Shown: positions 9,854 through 17,684 of the stretch, piece after piece | Layout of the letters: every line of letters begins with the position of its first letter | Position numbering within the stretch: position 1 is the first letter of the stretch | Origin: a virus | IMG/VR virus record: IMGVR_UViG_3300041409_000157 | Location: 8,117-72,116 of that record | Direction: 5' to 3' (one strand) | Length of the DNA stretch: 64,000 bases | Made by a program: the position numbers and the translations under genes | The notes under the pieces: model-generated | Database searches by the model: none | What the model saw: the letters and a program-made list of their open reading frames with translations, nothing else | Told to the model about the DNA's origin: nothing

Positions 9854-9883
9854 AAGTTGACGTCACTTTGGGGATTCTGTCAA
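9854..9883 (-). promoter_or_regulatory. Sigma70-like promoter, leaderless type
   Basis: TTGACA-18nt-CAACTT-6nt-ATG; same CAAAGTGACG box as at 8300. Confidence 0.5.
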
Positions 9884-10186
9884 GGCGATTTCAACTGCCG
9901 TCGCCACCCGCTCCACCAGCGGAGGATCCACTGGCGCAAAGCGGTCGGCCGAGAACCCCATCTCCGCCCCATGCTTGTTCCGGGGGTCCGGCGGGTTGAG
10001 CAGCTCCTCCAGCAGGATGCTCGGGACCACCTTGCTGGTGTCACTGATGGGATGCAGGTAGGCGCGCCCAGGCTGCACCGCCCGGATCGTGTAGGTGTGG
10101 CCCCGCACGGGGAGTTCGCAGAGGACGCGCTTCAAGGGCGCGGGGAAGTCGTCCCGGATGCAGATGACGCGGAGGCCTTTCTTCAT
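9863..10186 (-). CDS. Hypothetical protein
   Basis: MKKGLRVICIRDD...G.TYTIR...FSADRF.P; SH3-like phage pattern. Confidence 0.65.
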   Translation of the reverse strand: MKKGLRVICIRDDFPAPLKRVLCELPVRGHTYTIRAVQPGRAYLHPISDTSKVVPSILLEELLNPPDPRNKHGAEMGFSADRFAPVDPPLVERVATAVEIALTESPK

Positions 10187-10206
10187 AGGAGTGAAAGCTG
10201 AAGATT

Positions 10207-10479
10207 TTACCAACCTCCGGGAACCGGCTTGCCAGCATCCGGATGGGCGCAAAGTGGTGCGCGCTCCTTGCGGGGCAAGCCATCCTTCCGGGGTTTGAAC
10301 ACCGATTTCCCATCCAAAGCTCGCTTCCAATCATCGTCGGAGATCTCGCGCCCGGCAACCCGACGCGGCCAGCCTGAGTGTAGATCGGACCATCGCATTC
10401 CGAAGGCTTCGATGGTGGCGCGAGTCCACCCTCCGTTGGCAGTGCGGCACTCGAAGATGCGGTCAATGGTAAGCTTCAC
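10207..10479 (-). CDS. Hypothetical phage protein
   Basis: GTGA-coupled to the replication gene; T.NGGWT...GW motif. Confidence 0.6.
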   Translation of the reverse strand: MKLTIDRIFECRTANGGWTRATIEAFGMRWSDLHSGWPRRVAGREISDDDWKRALDGKSVFKPRKDGLPRKERAPLCAHPDAGKPVPGGW

Positions 10480-11225
10480 GACTGGGCATCCTCCATTTTC
10501 GCCGCCAAAGAGGAAACGTAGCTTCGCCAGTTGCGGATGCGCTCCCATCGGTTGCGAAGACTGCTCCAGTGACACCACTTGTTCCGCAGCAGCTCATCGT
10601 AAAGCTCGATCCGGTGCGCCGCAACAAGGGGAGCTTCGGAGTCCAAGAAGTCATCGAATTCAGTCTGACTTGGAACCTCGGACGACTTCGGCAATTTGAT
10701 GCCCCAAAGCCTTCGCTGCTTTTCCTCCTCCGATGGCTTCGCCACCGGCTTGAAAGAACCACCTGTAGATCGAGAAATATCCACACCAACCCGAGTTGGT
10801 GTCTCTTTAGTCTCTTCAGTCACTGTGAAGTCTTCATTCTTATGGGAAGTCTTAGTGTCTGGCTTTTCCGTGGCGGGTTTTTTCCGCTGCGGTGAACTGT
10901 GGTTTTCGCGCACCGTCTTGCATGGATTCTGGAATACCGTGTAGACGGTGTGCGAGAACTTCCCATCCTCCCCCTTTTGCACAGCGGAGATCCACCCAGC
11001 CAGCTTCAGCTCGGTGAGGTATTTGTAGAAGGTGTCTCGGCTGATGCTCAGGCACTTGGAGATGTAAACCGCGCTCGGGAAAGCTGTTTCCCCGTTGGGG
11101 GAGCAGTGGGAGCGGATGGCTAGATACACCATCTTGGCACCCATGGACAGATCGGGGTCGAGGATGAAGCTCTTGCGGACTGAGAAGTCCCAGTCACCCT
11201 TGAATGCTACACGGTCTTGTTTCAT
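10476..11225 (-). CDS. Winged-HTH replication initiator-like protein
   Basis: DPDLSMGAKMVY...AFPS...ISRDT...LTELKLAGWI pattern of phage HTH replication proteins; start re-assigned to 11225. Confidence 0.75.
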   Translation of the reverse strand: MKQDRVAFKGDWDFSVRKSFILDPDLSMGAKMVYLAIRSHCSPNGETAFPSAVYISKCLSISRDTFYKYLTELKLAGWISAVQKGEDGKFSHTVYTVFQNPCKTVRENHSSPQRKKPATEKPDTKTSHKNEDFTVTEETKETPTRVGVDISRSTGGSFKPVAKPSEEEKQRRLWGIKLPKSSEVPSQTEFDDFLDSEAPLVAAHRIELYDELLRNKWCHWSSLRNRWERIRNWRSYVSSLAAKMEDAQS

Positions 11226-11373
11226 GGCAGTTTTGGAGTTCTGCCAGGACGGATCGAAATGCCCCCGACCGAAGTCGTCCCAGCAGGCGTGACTCAGCGT
11301 AGGAAACACCGGGGCGGGGGGCGTCGCTTGTCCGGCGGGTCAAATTGATTGTTCCACACTGAGTCACGGAGTC

Positions 11374-11401
11374 AGCGTAGAGGATTATTTCAGGCTGTCA
11401 A
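11374..11401 (-). promoter_or_regulatory. Sigma70-like promoter for the HTH replication gene
   Basis: TTGACA-16nt-TACGCT; predicted start ~11367 coincides with the beginning of a structured leader. Confidence 0.65.
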
Positions 11402-11434
11402 CTGGCTAAATTCGTCGCGCTTTTCTACTCTCTT

Positions 11435-11503
11435 ACGGCCAGTGCTAGCAGTTACACCACTAGAGCGCGCCAACTAGGCGGGATTCCAACCCGCACCTGC
11501 CGT
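11435..11503 (-). ncRNA. Circularly permuted tRNA-like module (T-arm, closed acceptor stem, D-arm)
   Basis: ACGGC-AGGT-GCGGG TTGGAAT CCCGC-CTAG(10 nt)CTAG-TG-GTGT AACTGCTA GCAC-TG-GCCGT; U8-A14, A15-U48 and swapped C19-G56 retained. Confidence 0.7.
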
Positions 11504-11900
11504 CTAAATCTTCTCTCCCCACCAGGACCCCGGGAACCGCTCCAGCAGACAAGCTGGATACATTTGTACGACCAGCAGTCCCCGAGGCCGGGGTGGGGAG
11601 AGTTCGCTGAAGTGAGCAGCGGAAGTCCGGGCGATTTCACCACGGGCCTAGGATGGTGGATCTTTTCGTAGACCGGGCGGAACCGCTGCTCAACTCAACG
11701 AACTCTCAAAGAGCGCCTCGCTGCACGCAGGCAGGGAGGCTTTAGCGGCACGCCGTCTTACGGAGCGACCTGCGAACGTGCCTGAAAGATTGCCCAGACC
11801 ACCGTCACCCGTCAGCTTAGGGTGTGAAGCGGAGCCGACAGAAGCACTGGCCAGTGGGCATCTGGTGTTCCAGTGGGACAAGTTGTTCGTCCGCTTCACA
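11435..11900 (-). ncRNA. Candidate large structured non-coding RNA (or ncRNA cluster)
   Basis: No credible ORF; series of long stems whose mismatches are mostly G-U only on the minus strand; promoter directly upstream. Confidence 0.65.
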
Positions 11901-11906
11901 GGGGTG

Positions 11907-11934
11907 AGACTACACCTCCCCGCACCACCGTCAA
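11907..11934 (-). promoter_or_regulatory. Sigma70-like promoter for the structured RNA
   Basis: TTGACG-16nt-TAGTCT; predicted start ~11900 is the first base of the first stem. Confidence 0.65.
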
Positions 11935-11943
11935 GGATGTTTC

Positions 11944-12336
11944 TCAAGAATTCTTCAAGCTCTCCACCCTCAGCCTGAATTTCCTCCGCTTCAGCTCCAG
12001 CACCACCCGCTCCACGAGCTTCCCTGTATCCCCCGCCACCCACTCCTCAAAGTCGTCCGACCCGGCAATCGCCCCAAGGATCTTCGCCCGCCATACGGCC
12101 GCGTGCGCGCACTCATGGGCAATGCTGTCCAGCGTCAGCCGGTCCCCCGGCAGGTGCAGCTCCGCAAACAAGCCCCTCTCCGCCACCCGATGACACTGCC
12201 AGCAGCACGCCAGACAGGACCGCGCTCCCGGAGTGACCTTCCTGCGCCACCTCTGCAACGCCTTCAGGCTACCATGCACCCAGACTTCGATGTGATGAGT
12301 GCTTCGAGAATGTAGGTAGATGGGGAAGTGGGTCAT
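11944..12336 (-). CDS. HExxH-motif (zincin-like) protein
   Basis: IAHECAHA followed by a downstream EE; start re-assigned to MTHF at 12336. Confidence 0.65.
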   Translation of the reverse strand: MTHFPIYLHSRSTHHIEVWVHGSLKALQRWRRKVTPGARSCLACCWQCHRVAERGLFAELHLPGDRLTLDSIAHECAHAAVWRAKILGAIAGSDDFEEWVAGDTGKLVERVVLELKRRKFRLRVESLKNS

Positions 12337-13013
12337 ATCAGATCGTTGAACTGGACGCCTCACGCTGCGCTGCCTTCAAGGCTTCCCTGCGCCGCTTCAT
12401 GTAGAGCAACCTCCGACTGCGGTTCCTGCGGTGATACCGCTCTGCCTGGGCCTTTCGATTACCCTTACCCCCACGCGCCCCACGGCGAGGCTTGGAAGAC
12501 GCCCCTTGCGCGTCTTCAGGCGCATCTGGTTGAGCGTATTCATCCACAGCCCAAGACGAACAGGGTGGGTGTAAGAGCACAAGCCTGAAAGTGGCCGAAA
12601 GACGGGTTTCTGACAGGATGGCCAAGAACAGGGTGGGTGGAAGCGGTGCCGCAGCAGGATCAGCCTGAGCGGATACTCCAAAGGTGGCGTGAGGATTTTT
12701 TTGAAGGAGTGAGCCTGTAGAGGGGTGTAGAAGGAGGTGGGTGGGGAAGATTACGGCCAAGGGAATCCCCACCCGGCACTGGCTGAGGAATACCGCTAAG
12801 GATGGGTCCACGGGAATTCCCGCAGAGGGAGTGCTGCAAGCGAAAGCGTAAAGGGGTGATGCTTTGACGGGGTGTATAGGGAGTGGTGTCGCAAAGGAGG
12901 GATATCGATTTAATAGAACCCCATGCCAGTATCTCTCGACCAGATACTCTTAGGAAACGAGGCCGGGGGAGGCCCCCAAAAGGGCGGTGCCAGGGCCTGC
13001 CCGCCCAGCCGCG

Positions 13014-13562
13014 TCACCCGACCAACATCGGCACGCCGCTCCCCGGCAGGAGGTAGCCCTTCCATGGCCTACCCTTCATGCGACGCTTCTTAGCGGCCAT
13101 GCTAGCAGACGCAAACCTATAAGCGTCAATGGGTTGCGTCTTCTCTGGCGCACAATAGTGGTTATGTTTAATGGCTGGGCCTGTGCGCCTATGTAAAGTC
13201 TTGAGCATCAACTCTTTACGGTCCTGCTCCGAAGGCTCTTCGACGAATCGCCCCCAAGTTGCAATGTGAAACAGGCTCGAAAGGTTGCTGGGCCGAAAGG
13301 TCATGCTCCATAGCTGCCAGATCAGGCGGGCTGTGCAGGCGCGCACCGTTGGTGTCTGCTCGCCTCTACGTTGCGTCCAGACGGGAATGCCCAACGAAGC
13401 TAGCAAGTCTGCCCGATAATGCGCCTGAAGGGCAGCCAGCCAGCGGGAAACCTCTGCCGGAGAAGGATCGCAGGAGCGGGAAAGGGCGAGCAGTTCGCTT
13501 TGCAGCACAGGCAGCACTTTAGAGCAAAGCACTTTGTCCCGCAATGCGCGATTGAGAGACAC
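13014..13562 (-). CDS. Hypothetical protein with basic C-terminus
   Basis: 182 aa ORF at the strand-switch region; function unknown. Confidence 0.45.
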   Translation of the reverse strand: MSLNRALRDKVLCSKVLPVLQSELLALSRSCDPSPAEVSRWLAALQAHYRADLLASLGIPVWTQRRGEQTPTVRACTARLIWQLWSMTFRPSNLSSLFHIATWGRFVEEPSEQDRKELMLKTLHRRTGPAIKHNHYCAPEKTQPIDAYRFASASMAAKKRRMKGRPWKGYLLPGSGVPMLVG

Positions 13563-13707
13563 GCTTCACTTGCCCCATTGGTTGGAGGCTTGCCGGGCGT
13601 GCGGGCGGGCGTGATTTCCGCCCCCTCTCCCCTGCATTCCCCAAAAAATAAACCTGCATAAAACCCCCGTAAACATTGCCTCGCCACACCTTTCGCAAAA
13701 TAATAGT

Positions 13708-13735
13708 TGCCGTCAGTTTACTTTTCGATATTCTG
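13708..13735 (+). promoter_or_regulatory. Putative promoter of the plus-strand early-type cluster
   Basis: TTGCCG-16nt-TATTCT in an AT-rich gap, followed by a hairpin and GAAAGG before the first gene. Confidence 0.45.
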
Positions 13736-13796
13736 AGCAGCGTAACGGTTTTAGCGGCTCCCCCCAGTAAGGGGAGCCAAAGCGAAAGGTTCAACG

Positions 13797-14381
13797 GTGA
13801 AAAAGCAAAATCCTCAAATAGCAATCTGTCACGGTATTAATCAGCTTCACCCTCGCGAATCATCCTTCACGAGTGGCCGCGATGAAATCCGGGTGACGAT
13901 TGGGCGCCTTGACGACACGGATGGAAAGCCCCGCAATTTCAGCTTGTCCAGCATTTCCCCGGGCTCACCGGAATCGCGGATTTCAACGGGCGGCTGCTTT
14001 GCCCGCATTTGGAGCGCCCAGCCTGCGAGCTATCATGTTCCGGGCTCGACTGAGTGCAATTACTTTGTGGCGCACGGCATGGAGATTTCACATGGCGACT
14101 TGCCTGAATACGAGCACGCCATCCGCGCCTTGAAGCTGATTGCCAAGCGGCAGGCTGGGCAATACGAAACGCGAGGCAATGCTACCGATGCAGCGGACGC
14201 CATGGGGCGCTGGCTTGAAGCGTGCGGCGTCACGCAGGTTTACTTGCGGCCGGAGAGTGGACGCAACCGGCAATGGCTGACGGATGGCGAGTGGCAATGC
14301 CTGACGCTGGGGGTGTTCGTCGTGCAGGTGCGGAAGGCTCTGGCGGTTGTGCCGGGTGTTCCCATTGAAGCTTCCCTCTAA
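13797..14381 (+). CDS. Hypothetical early protein
   Basis: 194 aa; GAAAGG RBS-like motif upstream. Confidence 0.65.
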   Translation: MKKQNPQIAICHGINQLHPRESSFTSGRDEIRVTIGRLDDTDGKPRNFSLSSISPGSPESRISTGGCFARIWSAQPASYHVPGSTECNYFVAHGMEISHGDLPEYEHAIRALKLIAKRQAGQYETRGNATDAADAMGRWLEACGVTQVYLRPESGRNRQWLTDGEWQCLTLGVFVVQVRKALAVVPGVPIEASL

Positions 14382-14393
14382 CCATCCCCCTCC

Positions 14394-14630
14394 ATGCAAA
14401 TCATCCGCCATTCCCTCACCGGCCATCTTATCGCGTGCGACGACGAATCCGCCACGGCCGCCACTCTCAGTGCTGCCCGCTGGGCGGGATCCGACTGTGA
14501 GGACGTTTCTGAACATCCTGTTTTCACCCGGCAGCTTGCCACTCTGCGCCGTAACGACGGCAATGGATTTTGCGATCTGACGGACAAGCCGTTCACTCCC
14601 GCGCAGCTCGCTAAAGCTTCCAACTCCTAA
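14394..14630 (+). CDS. Hypothetical early protein
   Basis: 78 aa, tandem arrangement in the cluster. Confidence 0.6.
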   Translation: MQIIRHSLTGHLIACDDESATAATLSAARWAGSDCEDVSEHPVFTRQLATLRRNDGNGFCDLTDKPFTPAQLAKASNS

Positions 14631-14635
14631 ACCCC

Positions 14636-15070
14636 ATGCAAATCCCCATTACAGACGAGCAAACCCTTGTGGGCGCCGCTGGCCGCTTTGGCCGTGCCAT
14701 CCGCGTCTATGATGATGGTTGCGGTCCCCTCTGGATACACCGCGATTCGATGGGCATTACCGGCATTGTCCGGGCCCGCACTTGGGAGGACGCTTACGCG
14801 ATCTGTGAGGATGAATTATTTCCCGCTGGTGACGACGACGCGGCAGAGGAGATGCAGCGGATCAAAGCCCTGCCGGAAGGCGAGGAGCGGAATCATGCGC
14901 AGGCGTGCTTTGATGAAGCTTTCGGTTATCGGGGAAGCACCCGCCGGGAAGCGGACGGGAGCGGGAGCAGCATTTACGCCAAGGACTTGAACGGGGATCA
15001 CTTGGAACCGCTGACGGAGGAACTCGTTAAGGATCTGGAAATTACCCTCACGATTGAAACGCAGGCTTAA
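14636..15070 (+). CDS. Acidic hypothetical early protein
   Basis: 144 aa, D/E-rich. Confidence 0.7.
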   Translation: MQIPITDEQTLVGAAGRFGRAIRVYDDGCGPLWIHRDSMGITGIVRARTWEDAYAICEDELFPAGDDDAAEEMQRIKALPEGEERNHAQACFDEAFGYRGSTRREADGSGSSIYAKDLNGDHLEPLTEELVKDLEITLTIETQA

Positions 15071-15173
15071 CCTCCGCATTCCAGCCTTCCCCCTTCCCGG
15101 GCGGGAGGCTGGCAGCGGGTGCTAAATCCGGCCCCTCGCAATTAAGCGACGGGGCGAAACGAAAGGCAATGCA

Positions 15174-15683
15174 GTGAAAACTCTTGGCGAATTCTTTAAG
15201 CGTGACTCGGCATACTGGGGAGAAAGCTCCGAATGGCTTGTGGCGCGAGCGACCACCCGCGACGCATCCACATTGGACCGGTCCAACTGGAAATGCTTTT
15301 TGCAGCTTCTTGGCGGGACGGGGGCGGAGGGCGCAAATGGCAGTCAAGGGGTGGTTGATGGTGTCCGCATTGAAGAAGCCTCCCACTGGGCGTGCGGCTG
15401 GATTCAATACCTGATTATTGACCCATCCCGGAAAGACTTGGTTGCCATTGCCGAATCCACGATTGAAAAGCTTGAAGGTTACCCCGTCCTAAATGAAGAG
15501 GATTGGAGCGCGCTTGAAGATGAGGAGGCGCAACAGGTTTGGCGCGACTGCTACCGGCCAAAGGAGCGGGTGAACTATGTCCGGGAGCATCGTAATCAAT
15601 TCGAGTTTCAGAGCTTGGCCGATATGATCGGTTGCATTCGCGGGAAATACTTCTGCGGATACGCTTCTGAACTGGTTTCCTAG
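15174..15683 (+). CDS. Hypothetical early protein
   Basis: RD...L.RSN, HWACGW and LE.YPVL.EED motifs seen in phage early proteins; GAAAGG upstream. Confidence 0.75.
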   Translation: MKTLGEFFKRDSAYWGESSEWLVARATTRDASTLDRSNWKCFLQLLGGTGAEGANGSQGVVDGVRIEEASHWACGWIQYLIIDPSRKDLVAIAESTIEKLEGYPVLNEEDWSALEDEEAQQVWRDCYRPKERVNYVREHRNQFEFQSLADMIGCIRGKYFCGYASELVS

Positions 15684-15782
15684 CGCTCCCGCCCTGCGCC
15701 TTCCCTCAGGAGGGCGCAGCATCGGGCGCACTACGCGCCAGCCGACGCCGGACGGGATTCCGGCAAAGAGAAAGGTCAAATT

Positions 15783-16067
15783 GTGAACGCAAAACTAATC
15801 AGTGTGACGGTTGCGGCGGAAGTCTTCGGCCAATTGTGGATGGGAGGTGAAGCTTCCAAGGATGTTTCCCGGATCATCCCCGTCCAAGCTTGGGACGGTA
15901 GCCTCCGCCGTGCCTTTATCGGGCTTAAGCAGGTGAATGACGGGGGCGATTTTCAGCGCGGGAGCGTGCGCCTTGAATGTCCCCGCGTGCGGCTCTGTTA
16001 CCGGCGCGGGAAGGTGCAACACGCCGTTTGGGTTTCCGCTCCCGATTCCGTCACCTTCAACGCCTGA
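15783..16067 (+). CDS. Hypothetical early protein
   Basis: GAAAGG upstream; G.LWM and GDFQ motifs. Confidence 0.65.
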   Translation: MNAKLISVTVAAEVFGQLWMGGEASKDVSRIIPVQAWDGSLRRAFIGLKQVNDGGDFQRGSVRLECPRVRLCYRRGKVQHAVWVSAPDSVTFNA

Positions 16068-16082
16068 TACGGCCTAGCCTCC

Positions 16083-16122
16083 CGCCCCTCTCCCTCCGTC
16101 ATGCCAGCGGAGGGAGTCGGCG
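16083..16122 (+). repeat. Intergenic hairpin repeat, copy A
   Basis: CTCCCTCCG...CGGAGGGAGTCGGCG; near-identical to 17083-17123. Confidence 0.7.
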
Positions 16123-16179
16123 GCAGACAACTGCCCGCCGCTCGCCAATCAAGGCGGGCGCAGAGAGAAAGAGAAACCT

Positions 16180-16377
16180 ATGGAAGCGTTTACGCTCAGT
16201 ATTAAAACGGTCAACGCAGCGTTTCACGACGGGAGCGACGATAGTGAGCAGGCAGCCCGGCAGGAGGTTGCGCGCATCCTGCGCGACGTGGCAAAGCATG
16301 TTGAGAATGGAAGCGACGGGCGCAGGCTTTGCGACTCGAACGGAAACAGCGTCGGAGAATTCAACTTCCAAGACTAA
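16180..16377 (+). CDS. Small conserved phage protein
   Basis: NAAF...EVARILR...D.NGN.VG pattern. Confidence 0.75.
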   Translation: MEAFTLSIKTVNAAFHDGSDDSEQAARQEVARILRDVAKHVENGSDGRRLCDSNGNSVGEFNFQD

Positions 16378-16382
16378 CCCCC

Positions 16383-16877
16383 ATGAGTAACCACTTTTAC
16401 GACATCGAAGACCGCGCCGACGCCCAGGACGGCAACCTCGCGCTGCTCCCCGTGGCATTCTCCCCCGCGAAACGTGAGACGGTGGCGATCCGCCGTCAGA
16501 GCAAGCGGGAGGTTAACCGCCTCAAGGCATTGCTGCCGGGAGGGGTGCCGCGCTGGGTCCGGTGCTATCAGGGCGAACCTACTTACATTGTCTGCTTTAC
16601 GGGCAAGGCAGGCACGGCCCGCGCTCCCGGACACCGCCCAGAATACAGCTACATTGAAATATCAAAATACCCGTTTTCCTGTCAGGATATTGGTGTTTCG
16701 GCCAGCAGCATCGGCAAACCATTGGACGTTGACCGCTGGGGCTTCCCTCCCGCGATGGGGCGGAAGAACCACCTTGGCCGGAGAATCCCCTTCACGGCGC
16801 TCCCGGAGGATTGCCGCAAGCTTGTCTTGCGGGATTATTGCGAGCTGTGGGGGTTGAAGGCTGGGGGTGTAGTGTGA
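16383..16877 (+). CDS. Hypothetical early protein
   Basis: C-terminal HLGRRIPF..LP.DC motif; start re-assigned to 16383. Confidence 0.7.
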   Translation: MSNHFYDIEDRADAQDGNLALLPVAFSPAKRETVAIRRQSKREVNRLKALLPGGVPRWVRCYQGEPTYIVCFTGKAGTARAPGHRPEYSYIEISKYPFSCQDIGVSASSIGKPLDVDRWGFPPAMGRKNHLGRRIPFTALPEDCRKLVLRDYCELWGLKAGGVV

Positions 16878-17080
16878 ACCGCTACATGGTAAGCTGGACT
16901 CCGAAGCGTAAAAAGTGGACGGAAGCGCAACAGGCTGGTCCGTTTACCTCATTTGACCGTGCCTTTGACTTTGCCCGAAGTGATCCAGGGCCGGTCAATG
17001 CAAAGTCGTGCACCATCCTGAAAGAGGATGATCACGCAATCAACGCGGGGAAGTTCTTTCTCTGTAATATTGTGAAGTGA
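16874..17080 (+). CDS. Hypothetical protein
   Basis: GTGA-coupled to the previous gene. Confidence 0.5.
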   Translation: MNRYMVSWTPKRKKWTEAQQAGPFTSFDRAFDFARSDPGPVNAKSCTILKEDDHAINAGKFFLCNIVK

Positions 17081-17082
17081 TT

Positions 17083-17123
17083 CCGCCTCTCTCCCTCCGG
17101 CGCACTGCCGGAGGGAGTCGGCG
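17083..17123 (+). repeat. Intergenic hairpin repeat, copy B
   Basis: CTCCCTCCGGC...GCCGGAGGGAGTCGGCG; 11-bp stem. Confidence 0.7.
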
Positions 17124-17163
17124 CAACCAAGCGCACACAAACCACCAAACGAAAGGCAATCCT

Positions 17164-17604
17164 ATGACCGCAACCGCATTGAACACCCTTGCAGGCTTCT
17201 GCAACGCGTCACACCTGAACGGCCGCCTTGTGCGCGCCACTGTCCGCCAGTTCGGCGGCTGGGAATCCTTCAAGGAGCTTGCCGCTGACGTATGCCGGGG
17301 AGGCATTGATGGAGGCTTCCACGGCTTCATTTACAACGCTGACACGGAGGCTTTCGCCAAGCGCAATCGCTCCCTTATTTCTGAGATGGCGAGCCAGCAG
17401 GCGGAAGACTTGGGGACTTCCGTAGTGAAGATGATTCAAGGCTTCGGGTGCTTCCGCTATGGCACCAAGCCCACCGATGAGGAGATCGGGATGGCGCTCT
17501 ATGCTGGGAAGGACAAGGACGGAGGGCTTAGCGTCCTGAATGCGCTGGCGTGGTATGCCGGAGAAGAGGTTTGCCGGTCCTACTGCGATATTTTGGAGCG
17601 GTAA
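17164..17604 (+). CDS. Conserved phage early protein (GGxxGFIY..DT / NALAW..EE family)
   Basis: Motif pattern widespread in phage early regions; GAAAGG upstream; function unknown, possibly anti-defence. Confidence 0.7.
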   Translation: MTATALNTLAGFCNASHLNGRLVRATVRQFGGWESFKELAADVCRGGIDGGFHGFIYNADTEAFAKRNRSLISEMASQQAEDLGTSVVKMIQGFGCFRYGTKPTDEEIGMALYAGKDKDGGLSVLNALAWYAGEEVCRSYCDILER

Positions 17605-17684
17605 TCCCTCCCGCCGAGCCGGGCGCAGGTTGCGCTGCGGTTCTGCGGGCTGGATAAACTGGCCTGGAATAACCATCAAAAACT

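Noticed and set aside
11435-11503. Canonical tRNA or tmRNA gene
   Set aside because: Arms are in permuted order, with no anticodon loop, no CCA end and no tag reading frame.
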